64,000 nucleotides of DNA from Hemiscyllium ocellatum. Lineage: Eukaryota. The notes under the pieces are model-generated. The model was not told where the DNA came from and made no database searches. It saw nothing but the letters and a program-made list of their open reading frames with translations. This document shows positions 41,205 through 54,950 of this stretch, in pieces (the stretch's first letter is position 1; the number at the start of each line of letters is the position of its first letter). The DNA lies in the NCBI RefSeq assembly GCF_020745735.1, contig NC_083433.1:6521363-6585362 (forward strand), given 5' to 3'. A program made the position numbers and the translations under genes.

Positions 41205-41525
41205 AATCATAGAATCCCTACAGTGTGAAAGCAAGCCATTTATTCCTCACTGACCCCCAAGGAAAATCCCACCCAGACCCACCTCCCTATCCTATCCCTG
41301 TGACACTGCATTTCCCATGGCCAATCCACCTAGCCTACACATCCCTGGACTCTATGGGACAATTTCCCATGGTCAATTAGCCTAACCTGCATATCCTTGG
41401 ACTGTGGGAGGAAACCCAAGCAGACACAAGGAGAATATGTAAACTCCACACAGAGAATCACTCGAGGGTGGAATCAAACCCAGATCCCTGGCAGTGTGAG
41501 GCAGCAGTGCGAACCACTGAGAGGG
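41205..41525 (-). mobile_element. HE1-like V-SINE
   Basis: V-domain reverse complement with (atagaatc)n-type tail. Confidence 0.75.
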
Positions 41526-41788
41526 TGATGGAAGAGTCAAGGAAATTGACTGAAAGACATGAGAATGACGATTTCAGGCCATTTCTTATCCAGTCTGTGG
41601 GACAACTCTCCCAAATTTGGTACAACTCGCCAAACATTAATGAAGAGAACGCGGCTGGACTGGCTGTGCCATTTTAATGCCTGCTTCGATGCCCAGTTTG
41701 ATGCTGGGTAGTTTGTCTGGTTTTGTTCCTGTTTAAGTTTCACACAGCAGCTTGATTGAGCTGCATACCTTGTCAGACCATGTCAGAG

Positions 41789-41951
41789 CTGAAAATGTGT
41801 TGCTGGAAAAGTGCAGCCCTTCCTGAAGAAGGGCTCATGCCCGAAACGTTGATTCTCCTGCTCTTTGGATGCTGCCTGACCTGCTGCGCTTTTCCAGCAA
41901 CACATTTTCAGCTCTGATCTCCAGCATCTGCAGTCCACACTTTCTCCTCGA
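41789..41951. repeat. Palindromic insertion with 14-bp TSD
   Basis: Arms ctgaaaatgtgttgctggaaaag / cttttccagcaacacattttcag; TSD agaccatgtcagag at 41775-41788 and 41952-41965. Confidence 0.8.
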
Positions 41952-42134
41952 AGACCATGTCAGAGGGCAGCTCAAAGTCTGAAATTACACTGATAGGTTA
42001 AAAAAAGATATTGCTGATTCCTTTCTCAAGTTTGTATTTCTCAGCGGCCTTGGTGGGTTTTGAACTCATCTCAGCAGTCCTTTGTCCAAGCTGCTGCATT
42101 ACTAATCCAAGCAATTAAACCACAGTGATGGGTT

Positions 42135-42450
42135 GATTCAGCTGATTGGCTATGGCTGTCAGCCCTTCCCACCTCTTCTCCTTTGTTCATTGGTGTCTGG
42201 ATTCAAGAATGAATCTGATTGGACATTGGAGATTGTCACTCATCCTTGGTACTGCCTGTCCCTAGTTGAGTGCAGGGTGTCCCAGGAGGAAAAATACAAG
42301 AGCTTGTGGGGAGTGGTTTAGTTATCTAGGTGATAGTGAGTAGGAGTAGTAATGGTGACCTCCTAAGTGTGTCAGAACTATCACAAGGACTGTGAGGATG
42401 CTGTTAACAAGCAGATCAACCTGGAGCTTGATTCCTCCTATTTTTCACCC
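42135..42450 (+). pseudogene. Ferritin relic F7: promoter plus degenerate exon 1 only
   Basis: ATG GTG ACC TCC TAA at 42352-42366 (the orthologous ATG is GTG; CAA became TAA), then [25 protein letters not shown]; homology ends at ~42445 with no splice donor and no exons 2-4. Confidence 0.88.
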
Positions 42451-44725
42451 TGTTTGGTGTTTGGCTCAGAATATGTGTAGTTCCTGAGGACCAGAGGAAG
42501 GGATTCTGCTTGAGAGCTGCAGGTTTGATACTGGATTGTGCTGGTGGGAGAGAAACCATGGGGATCATGTTGTGAGTTGTCAGAGCTGCTGGAGACTATT
42601 GCTGGATTGTGATTGGACATTGGAGGATCATTTGGTTGTGCTGACCTGCTCTTGGTGGATCTTTATGCTGGCTTTGGCCTAATGCCAATTCAGGTACCAG
42701 CCAATCTCAGCTACGGCCTCAGCAGCTGCTTGCAGCCCTGGCCAGGTCATTTGCAACAGTCAGGGTGACTGAAGAAGGTGGAGGTGTTGATCGGATGGTG
42801 TTTGTGAAGAAGACTTTGCTGGAGTGCTGTGGGTTTGAAGCAGTGGATGTGTACAAGAAAGTGCTGTTAGGATGTTGTGGGTTCACTGCAGTGGATGTGT
42901 ACTGCCTGCAGGCACTTGATCTTATCAGGACAGGTGTTGAGTTGAGTCATCAGAGCTAGTGGAGATCATTGCTGGATCATGATTGGATGTTGGAGGATTG
43001 TTTGGTTGTGCTGACCTGCTCTTGGTGAATCTTCATGCTGGCTTTGGCCTAATGCCAATTCAGGTACCAGCCAACCTCAAGATTTATGGCCTCAACAGCT
43101 GCCCGCAGCCCTGGACAGGGGGTTCGAAACAGTCAGGGTGACTGTGAAGAAGGTAGAGGGTCATACACCGGTCGATAGCATCTAAAGTGCTGTTGGGATG
43201 CTGTGGGTTTACTGCAGCGGATGTGTACTGCCTGCAGGATTCCCTTGGGGCATGCTTACTTTGATGTGCCTTTCAGAAGTGTGAAGCAGTGCGAGCAGCT
43301 CCTGAAGGTCTTCAAGGAGAAGGAAGGGGAGCCGCTATTCTCCATCTTGTTGGCAATCCCACTGTGTGTGCTTCCTGCACAGGAGTCGGGTTGTTACAAT
43401 CCATATGTACAACCCCTATGTTCCAGCGGCTGATGTCCTGACCTTCCTGGGAAGGTATGTCCAAGTTGAAGGAAAAGCCACCAATGTGATCGACCCCTTT
43501 GGGATCTGGACCAGTAAGCGGCAGGTCAGGGTAACTCTGAGGGTTGACGATGGGAACATTCTCCACCCACCCTCTAGCTTCGCAATTGGAGGGAGCAGAG
43601 GCTACCTACCTGAAAATGCAGGGCAGCTGAAAGTGTGCTGAACCTGCAGGAAAGCAGGATGCGTGGTGGCGGATTGCAAGGTGACCATCTGCAGGAGTTG
43701 CAAACAGGAGGGTCACCTGACTAAGGACTGTCAGGAAGCAAAGAGCTGCAACCTGTGTGGAGAGGTGGGCCACATGTACAAGACCTGCCCAAGATGGGGG
43801 ACCCACTCTAGCACAGATGGCTGGAGGTGGCAATGTGAGCCATGGACCAAAGACCAGCAAGGTCCACCCAGACAGCAGGGAAATGGAGTCTGGTGGCACC
43901 CAGAAAGAACAGGCTGGAGTGGAGGAGGCAGGAGACAGCAGCTGATCCTAGCTCTAGCTGGGCAGATGGAAGCAATGGAGGAGGAGGTAATAGAGAAGGC
44001 AGAGGAGTGGATCCCTGTTTTAAAAACAGGGAGAGAAAATCCTGCCAGGCCCCAAAGCCTCCCAGCAAAGGGGGAAAAGACAGCTGCATGAGGGAGACAG
44101 CCAGCGCATCAGATGGGGAAGACTGGCGCAAAGAAGGTCATCCCAGAGTGCTGTAGATAGAGGAGGGCATTTCCTCTGAACCAGGAAACAACAGACCCCC
44201 TGAAGTCTACCCTCCACCCAGTGAGAACCAGGGGGTACCCACTGCCCCACAACTACAGGGAACTGAAAGCTGTGATCCTCTGACAGTCCCATTGTCAGAT
44301 GCAGAACTGGACGGTGCGGACCCTTGCCTTGGCTCTGACACCAGTGGGGTAAATGACCCCAGTGAGGAGCTGGATAGCTACCTCGGCCCAACGCAGGTCC
44401 AGCAGTTTGTGCTCACCATGGGGATGCAGACAGCTACCCCAGAGACAGGACAGTCAAATGGACAATGGTAACCCCATATACTGGGGGTTAAAGAAGGTTC
44501 CTTTGCTATCATATAACAGGGCACCCATTCACTAGGTGGGTTCTGCTGAAGCCACATCAAATCAATAAGACTGGATGGTTCATAAAGGGAACTGTAAAAA
44601 GGAACTGTAAATTTGATTTAAATCTGTTCTTTGTAATGTCTTAACATTACAATGTATATATCTATGAATGACATGACAAATGACAGATTTATTTCTATGA
44701 TTGAAAATATACTTTAAATAAGAAA
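42450..44725 (+). mobile_element. Decayed, internally deleted Tx1/L1-like non-LTR element (ORF1 with 3 CCHC knuckles, ZCCHC3-like)
   Basis: RVVTIHMYNPYVPAADVLTFLGRY...FGIWTSKRQVRV...GQLKVC*TCRKAG...CRSCKQEGHLTKDC...CNLCGEVGHMYKTCP; contains stops and frameshifts; AT-rich 3' end at ~44580-44725; no ORF2. Confidence 0.7.
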
Positions 44726-45145
44726 TATGATCCTCCTCTCCATCCTTGGTTGTCTCTGTAAACTTTGATCATTACAAACTTAAACCTATCTCAACCCATC
44801 CTTAACAGCCCCCTGCAAGAGAATTCCACCAATCCAGAAGGGATTGGGAGAAATTTCTCCTTATCTGTCTTCAACAGGTGATGTCTGTCTCTGAGGTGAG
44901 ACACTCTGGTGCTGGACACTCTCTCAAGCCGAACCACCATCTCTGCATCCATCCTGTCAACCTCATGAAGAAACATGTTACAGGTAATGTCTTTTCTCAT
45001 TATTCTGACCCACTCAACTGCTCTTCATGAGCGAGTCCTTCCATAGGATCAGCCCAGTGAACCTTCTCTGGACTGCCTCCAACCCTTTTATAGATCAGGG
45101 GTCAAAACTGTTCCCAGTACTCCAACTGTGGTTTGGCACATGTCA

Positions 45146-45370
45146 AGTGTGGTGCTGGAAAAGCACAGCAGGTCAGGCAGCATCTGAGGAGCAGGAAAAT
45201 CGATGTTTCCAGCATAAGCCCTTCAATCTGGCTTCGTCAAGCCCTTCAGCCTTTTGGGATTTTGCCCAAAACATCTATTCACCTGCTCCTCAGATGCTGC
45301 CTGGCCTGCTGTTTTTCTAGCACCACACTCTCTCCTCTGATCTCCAGCATCTGCAGTCCTCACTTTCTCC
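45146..45370. repeat. Palindromic insertion (same family as 4895-5142)
   Basis: gtgtggtgctggaaaagcacagcaggtcaggcagcatctgaggagcagg and its inverted copy; paralog at ~57608-57822. Confidence 0.7.
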
Positions 45371-45979
45371 TGTGGTCTGACGAGAGCCTTGTGCAGTTAT
45401 AGCAAGATGCTCCTCATTTTATACTCCATTCCCTTTGAAATACTTGCCACCAGTCCGTCTGATTTGCCTCTTACCTGCTGTACTTGAAGGCAGCCTATCA
45501 CCAGTCTCCAGCGGCTACCTGGGTGTCCATTGAGTGGCCACGTGATGTCTATCAGTTGGACAAAGCCCCCACTGAATATTCATTGCACCTCAAATCCTTT
45601 TTGACCAGAACAGGTGTCAACACCCAGATACATTTTCTGTGCGTGAGCATTGATTGTGTCTGTGTCTGTTGGTGGTATCTCTGCCCAGAGGCACCAGCCT
45701 GTCACATAACCAACAGTTCCAGATGTGAATCAGTCACTGTCTGGTGCACCTAAAACTAAATTTAATCCAAGGGAGCACATCTCATCACTTTCAGAACTGA
45801 ACCCATTTGTAACAGAACCTGATGTCATTGTGTGAAACCTCAAACTGTCCCATTAAAGCAGAAGAACCAGTTTAGGTCAGATTGTTCAAATTCATTCTTA
45901 TCCATCCATTGACAAAAAGTTTGGAGTTTGTTCAGGATCTATTCATCTATAAGCAATGATCGCAAGATTGATTTCCCAA

Positions 45980-46199
45980 ATCTCTGGCTCTGGGTTATGG
46001 CCCCTTGCCAAACCCCTCTTCCTTTGTTCATTGATGCTTATATTGCATGGTGATTCCTGATGGGTTATTAGGGATCATCAATCATTGGTGCTGCCACTCC
46101 CTGTTGGGTGCAGGATGTCCAAGGAGAATAAATAGAATGGTTTGTGGGTGAGAGGCTTAGTTCTAGAGTTCACTGTGATAGTGAGTGGGAATAGTGAAG
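45980..46199 (+). promoter_or_regulatory. F8 proximal promoter and 5' leader
   Basis: Conserved block; AATAAA in place of GATAAA; several ATTGG boxes are mutated. Confidence 0.5.
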
Positions 46200-47762
<1,563 letters not shown>

Positions 47763-50700
47763 CTGAACTGACTGCAGGGAGCAAGACTTTGTTGTTTCAT
47801 TTTTATGAATGAGATCTATTGAATCTGAAGATGTAGAAGTAGCTCACTGTCCTGGGATTGATGATGGAATGTACTGACTGTTTTTAAAAAAAAAACTGCT
47901 CATTGTTGGATTGGTTTTTGCTGACTAGGTCTAACTGTGTATATAGGTCTGTGCTTGGACTTGCTATCAGAGGATCTCTTGATCCAGATCAGTAATTAAA
48001 TCCAGTCCAAATTACTTCATCTGACCCCAAATATGTGGGGTGGGTATAAGACCAAGTACAGAGCTGAGTTTATGGAGGAAATGTTTTATCTGCTACAGTG
48101 GGAGATGGGCACTACCAGGTTCTGATCTGCAAGAGGAGTTTTACAAACCTCTTCCTTGGAGACAAGTACAAGGACCAGTGCTGCTGTTAATAACTTTGCT
48201 AACACTATCTGACCATCACCAGTTAGACTAAAACCTCAGCTGTTTTGGTTTTACAAATCCACAACCAACTTCCCCACTCCCTGCATCCTAAATTAGAGCA
48301 AGTTTCACAGTCAGTTCTCTCTGAAATCACAACTGTATCAAATTTGCTGGTTTTTTTTTAAAAGCAAAGTTTGGAGGCTTGTCTTCAGAGCTCAGTAAGC
48401 TGTGCTTGATGGGGTGAGGGTACTGTCCTGTCAATATTACAGTCTAATCCACAAGTTTGAAATTTTGTCTACTCTAGAGCTTTCCAGGTTTCGGTAGTCT
48501 GAAAAGTTGGTGAATCTGTGAAATGTCACAGTAATCTTAACATGTGATGGCCCTAGGCCCCCTCTCCAATCCAATTACTGCATTAGACTCACTGGGGAAG
48601 TTTAACCCTACACAGTGAGAACCTGCAAGAGTGGCTGCTTGGATAATGCTGAACACAGCCATAATGTTCACTATTTGAAATAAACTCCTTTTTCTAAGCC
48701 TCTCTAACCTAGACAGGTACTCCTCAACATCAACCAGGAGGTATTGGCAGGAGTGGAGTCTGTGGAACTGTGCCCCATTAACTAATTTAGATAGGGCATT
48801 GTGAATTCAACGTGGACTGAAGTAAATGCTTCACCTTCACCCTCCTCCACATCCAAATATTTTTCTCTTCAGTCAGTTCGCAAACCAATAGTAAGGGGTT
48901 TCCCATGATGTTACCGTTGTATTTAGGTGCTTTGCAGTACTTCACCGCCAGATGTACCTTCCACTTATCTCCATTTCTTTCACCGTCCTGTACACGTGGA
49001 TGGAGATGCTGATGGCAGTTAGCTGTAGTCTAAGGCAGTGAAGGTGATGACCTACTGCCATCAGCACGAGACTGGGGTAGGGGCGTGTTCAAATCCCGCC
49101 ATTGCAGCTGGTGGAATTTGTATTCAATAAAAATCTGGAATCCAGTCAAAGAAGACCATGAAGCTATTAGGAGAAAGTGAGGAATGCAGATGCTGGGGAT
49201 CAGAGTCAAAACGTGTGGTGGTGGAAAAGCACAGCAGGTCAGGCAGCATTCAAGGAGCAGGAGAATGTTACAGCGCAGTATAGGCCCAGCGGCCCTCGAG
49301 TCGACATTTTGGGTATCAGCCTTTCATCCTGATGGAGGGCTCATACCCCAAACATCAATTCCCCTGCTCCTCGGATGCTGCCTGACCTGCTGTTCTTTTC
49401 CAGCACCACATTCTGTGACCATGAAGCTGTTGTCCATTGTCCGGGAGAATCCCGACCTGGTACACAAGTGCTCTTCAGGGAAAGAAATCTGCTGTCCTTA
49501 CCTGAGCTGGCCTACACGGGACGCCAGACTCACCTACAGCAATATGATTGGTTCCGGGGATGGGGTACATGCTGGCCTAGCCATTACCCACATCCCATAG
49601 AATAGTATGTTAGGACTTTCATGGGAACGGCAATGAAACGCGATATTAATGTCGCAAGATTAAACTCACAAAGATATTTATAGTCCTATTTCATCTCTGT
49701 CAATTTGAAGAAAATCATCTGTAGGAGTTTGTTTTTCACCACCTTGATTTTGTTTTGAATCTATCCCCATCCCTACTTCCGAATAAATTAGGGATACTAA
49801 ATTCAATGTAATCTTAGATAAAGGATCAGTCAATAGTTACCCCAGAGCCAGTACCCAAAGGCATTTTTCAAAGTCTCTGGTGATCATTGAATGACCATGT
49901 GATATCCATCCATTTGGATAATGTCTTTTGTGACCGTTGGATACCAATATGTTTTGGATCCTTTTTAACCAGAATGTCTGTAAATACATGAATACAGTTT
50001 CTGGTCAGACACATCAACTGTGCCCACAGGCATCTTTCACAAGAGGCTTCTCAGTGAGATGTTATTGGTGGCTCCAGATGTGAATCAAAGCCACTCTGTC
50101 AGGCCTATCTCACACTGAGGTTAATCAAAGGGAACACATCTCCACCACACCTTGGACTTCAACCACTTCGATAAAACAAAAAGCAAAATCCTGCAGAAAA
50201 TGGAAATCTGGAACCACAGCAGAAATTGCTGAAGAATCTCAGCAGAGCTGCCAGCCTCTTTGGAGAGAGAAACAGAGTTAATAATTTGAGTCACATTTTG
50301 ACTCAGTCATTGGACTCAACATTAACTCTATGCTTCCTCCCACAGATTCGGCCAGACCCATGTAGACTCTCCAGGATGTTCTGGTTTTATTTCTCAACTG
50401 CATTTACATAGTAGCTTGTAATTTCTCATTAAGTGAAGTGGTCCATGTCCATATATGGTAAGGATTGGACAATATCCAGGTTCAGGCTGACAATTGACAA
50501 TTTATATTTGAGCCATACAAGTACCAGGTCACGGCCACCTCCACCAAAGGAGAATCTAACCATTACCCCATGACATTCAATAACATTACCATGACTCAAT
50601 CCCCCACTATCTATATCCTGGGATTACCATTGACCAGAATATGAATGGGACTGGTCAGATAAATTCAGTGAGACTAGGGATCCTGCAGCAAGTAACTAAT

Positions 50701-51474
50701 CTCTGACTCCCAACAGCCTGTCTTCCCACCTTCAAAACACAACTCAGGAGTGAGATGCAATATTCCCTACTTACCTGAATGAGTACATCTCCAACAACAT
50801 ACAAGAAGCTCAACACCACCCAGGACAAAGCAGCCCACTTGATTGGCAAAACATCCACAAATATTCACTCCCCCTTCCACTGACACTCAGTGGCAGCTGT
50901 GTGTACTATCCACCAGATGTACGAGAGTAATTCTCTCAGGGTCCTGAGTCTGCACCTTCCAAACACATGACTGATACCATATACAAGGACAAGGAATGTC
51001 CCTCCAAGTCACTCTCCATCCTGACTTGGAAGTACATTGGCGTTTCTTCAGTGTCACTGGGTCAAAATCCTGGATCCCCCTCCCTAACAGTCCTGTGGGT
51101 GTAGCTAAGTCAATTGACTGCTTCAGTTCAAGAAGGCAGTTCACCATCATCTACAAAAGGGCAACCAGGGACAGGCAATAAATGTTGGACAAGCTCACGA
51201 TGCCCATGTCCCATTAATGAATGAACATTTGAAATTTGGTCCATTTTGAAGCTAGCAAAAATAAAACCTTAGCATTTAATTTGTCAGGTAAAATTCTGGG
51301 ACACATTCATATGTTTGGAAAAGGTGGAGAGAAGGTTAATATCGTGTTTCCAACGACAAGAGACTTCATTTGTCATTCAGTCACATCCAGCTAGTTTGGA
51401 GTGTGCACAGAATCTATTACTCCATAAGTAATGATATCATTAAATTTCATCTCTCAAACCTGTCTATCTTCCAG

Positions 51475-51706
51475 ATCTCTGATTGGTTCTGGGTCTCAGC
51501 TCCTCCCTCACAGTCCTCCCTGTTGTGTTCATTGGTGCCTGGATTGATTGGAAATTCCTGATTGGCTGTCAGGGATTGTCAATCATGATTGGTGCTGACA
51601 CACCCTGGTTGAGTGCAGGGTGTCCCAGGAGAATAAATACAACAACTCAGGAGCATGAGGTTCATTTCTAGAGTTGTCTAGGTGATAGTGAGCAGGAATA
51701 GTGAAG
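51475..51706 (+). promoter_or_regulatory. F9 proximal promoter and 5' leader
   Basis: Five ATTGG motifs, GGGTG and an AATAAATA box. Confidence 0.55.
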
Positions 51707-52162
51707 ATGGCTGCCCAAGTGTGTCAGAACTACCACAAGGACTGTGAGGATGCTGTTAACAAGCAGATCAACCTGGAGCTCTATTCCTCCTATGTTTACC
51801 TCTCCATGGTGAGGCTTGTGAACTTGAGACTGAAACCTGAAGAGTTGGAGTTTTGTTGATTTAATGGATTGTGCAATGTTCTGGTGATTTTGAACATAAA
51901 ATAACCTCTGAACAGCTCCTACAGCAGCTGCTCTATGGTTATTTAACGTGCAGTGTGGGCTCCTTGTGGTCCAGTGGTACTGTCTCTACCTCTGAACCAA
52001 GAGGCCTAGGTTTTAGTACTATCTACTCCAGCGATGTATCTGAATGTTGCTGAATTATAGTTGGGTTTTTGTATCAGACCATGGACCTACTTATTGCCAG
52101 AAAGTCACACTCTAGTGTCACTGCTGTAGTCTGGTACATCCTCATTTAGTATTGTTCCCTCA

Positions 52163-52743
52163 TTGTTGTGGTTCTGTTTGCTGAGCTGGGAATTTGTGGC
52201 AGATGTTTCGTCCCCTGTCTAGGTGACATCCTCAGTGCTTGGGAGCCTCCTGTGAAGCACTTCTGTGATTTTCCTATGGCATTTGTAGTGGTTTGAATCT
52301 GCTGCTTCCAGTTGTCAGTTCCAGCTGTCCGCTGCAGTGGCTGGTATGTTGGGTCCAGATCGATGTGCTTATTGATTGAATCTGTGGATGAGTGCCATTC
52401 CTCGGAATTCCCTGGCTGTTCTGTTTGGCTTGTCCTATAATAGTTGTGTTGTCCCAGTAGAATTCATGTTGCTTGTCATCTGTGTGTGGCTACTAAGGAT
52501 AGCTGGTCATGTCATTTTGTGGCTAGTTGGTGTTCATGGATGTGGATTGTTGTCTTCCTGTTTGTCCTATGTAGTGTTGTGCGGTCCTTGCATGGGATTT
52601 TGTACACCACATTGGTTTTGTTCATGCTGGGTGTTGGGTCCTTTGTTCTGGTGAGTTGTTATCTGAGATTGGCTGTTGGTTTGTGTGCAGTTATGAGTCC
52701 TAGTGGTCACAGTAGTCTGGCTGTCAGTTCAGAAATGTTTTTG
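52163..52743 (-). mobile_element. Penelope-like element 3' fragment (GIY-YIG endonuclease region) with 12-bp TSD
   Basis: Minus strand encodes ..LRQQLTRTKDPTPSMNKTNVVYKIPCKD..YIGQTGR..IHEHQLA (frameshifted); TSD attgttccctca at 52151-52162 and 52744-52755; empty site at ~2213-2223 in the F1 paralog. Confidence 0.82.
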
Positions 52744-53164
52744 ATTGTTCCCTCACTTTTTGAATGTTATGCTCTCGACCTTCTGATGTTGAGGCTTCAT
52801 TCACAGCAATGATCACTGTTTTCATTAGTGGAATGGAAAATGTGTATAATTAACTTGCTCAAAGGTATTTGAAGTATCTCAACTGCTTGTTCTGGAATCA
52901 ATTGAAGTACTTTTCTTTTTCTTTCCCTAATTCAGTACAGTCACTGGTAATCTTTGAAAGAGTATCTGGCAGTAAACCCTACCATATCAGTCTCACTCTA
53001 TGATGGCCAGATACTGGTGAGATCTACCCTGTTATGACCAATCTCCTCTACTAAGGCGAGTAGGGCACTTTGGTTTAATCCATTGAAAGCAGGATGTACT
53101 ACAGACTCTGACACACACTAAACCTAAATTCTTGGCATGAAACTGAAGTTCAGATGAATCTAGC

Positions 53165-53995
53165 TTAGATCTCCATGGAATACAGGGAGAACTAGCCATT
53201 TGGATACAGAACTGGCTCACAGGTAGAAGAGGGGGTGGTGGTGGAGGGTTGTTTTTCAAACTGGAGGCCTGTGACCAGTGGAGTGCCACAAGGATCAGTG
53301 TTAGTTCCACATTTTTTCATCACTTGTATAAATGATTGGGATGTGAACATAAGAGGTATGGTTAGTAAGTTTGCAGATGACTCCAAAATTGGAGGTGTAT
53401 TGGAAAGCGAGGATGGTTACCTCTGATTACAACAGGATCTGGACCAAATGGGCTGTGAAGTGGCAGATGGAGTTTAATTCAGATAAATGTGAGGTGCTGC
53501 ATTTTGGGAAAGCAAATCTTAGCAGAATGTATGCACTTAATGGTCAGGTCCTAGGGAATGTTGCTGAACAAAGACCCTAGAGTGCTGGTTCATAGCTCTT
53601 TTGAAAGTGGAGTCGCGGTAGCCAGGATAGTGAAGAAGGCATTTGGTATGCTTTCATTTATTGGTCAGAGTATTGAGTACAGGAGTTGGGAGGTCATGTT
53701 GTGGCTGTACAGGACATTGGTTAGGCCACTGTTGGAATATTGTGTGCAATTCTAGTCTCCTTCCTATCTGGCAAGATGTTATGCAACTTGAAAGGGTTCA
53801 GAAAAGATTTACAAGGATGTTGGCAGGGTTGGAGGATTTGGGCTATAGGAGAAGCTGAGCAGGCTGGGGCTGTTTTTCCCTGGAGTGTCAGAGGCTGAGG
53901 GGTGACCTTGTAGAGGTTTACAAAATTGAAGGGCATGGATAGGATAAACAGGCCAAGTCTTTTCCCTGTGGTCAGGGAGTCCAGAACGAGAGGGC
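53165..53995 (+). mobile_element. CR1-like LINE ORF2 fragment in F9 intron 1
   Basis: VTSGVPQGSVL, SKFADDSKIGG and LEYCVQF motifs; paralog of 955-1770. Confidence 0.88.
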
Positions 53996-54773
53996 TGTTA
54001 CATATTGACTGAATTGAAAACTATTTCAATTGAAGATCTTGAATTGCTTTTGGAGCTTTAGATGACACTTGGTTTTTTTTCTCTCCTTCCCTCAGTCTTA
54101 CTTTGACCGGGCTGATGTTGCCCTGCGTCACTTTGCTGAGTTCTTCAAGGAGCAGTCCCATGAACAGGAACACGCTGAGAAACTGATGGCATTCCAGAAT
54201 AAACGTGGAGGCTGAGTCCTCCTGCAGGATGTCAAGGTTGGGTTTGGTGTTTATTGTAGATGGACAGTAATTCTGAATTAAAATGCTTCATATCAGCATC
54301 TATGGTTTTTATGGTAACTCTGACACCACAGTTCTCTAACTTTTTAGTGTAGAATGTAAAGCCCCTACTTTTCTCTCCCCTCCAGAAGCCAGAGCAGGAT
54401 GAGTGGGGCAATGGTCTGGAGGCAATGCAGAGAGCTCTGCAGATGGAGAAGGATGTGAACCAGAGTCTGCTGGATCTGCACAAACTCTCCTCTGGCCACA
54501 CTGACCCTCATGTGAGTTCTTGGTATTGTTAATCTTTTGCTTCTAGTGTAATAAGTCGAACAACAAGTCAAAAATCAATCCCTCTCCTGCTTGTGGAGGG
54601 TGTTGTATGGGAGTGGACCAAGCTTCTGGTGTTGCCAAGATCTAAACTTTAAGAGGTTCCTCAGCAGTTTGTGACATCACTTAAGTGTCCACTCCCCTGT
54701 ATTAATGGGAATATTTCTCTCTTGGTGGGGGTGGGGAAGAGAGGAGGCAAAAGTGCATTTGATCTTGACCTAA

Positions 54774-54950
<177 letters not shown>

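Noticed and set aside
43366-44091. Functional host ZCCHC3 gene
   Set aside because: Contains frameshifts, an in-frame stop in the first knuckle (TGA at 43639-43641), a 5' duplication and a retroelement-like 3' end.
54213-54215. In-frame TGA as selenocysteine or readthrough
   Set aside because: It replaces an Arg CGA by a CpG transition and co-occurs with other damaging deletions; no SECIS evidence seen.
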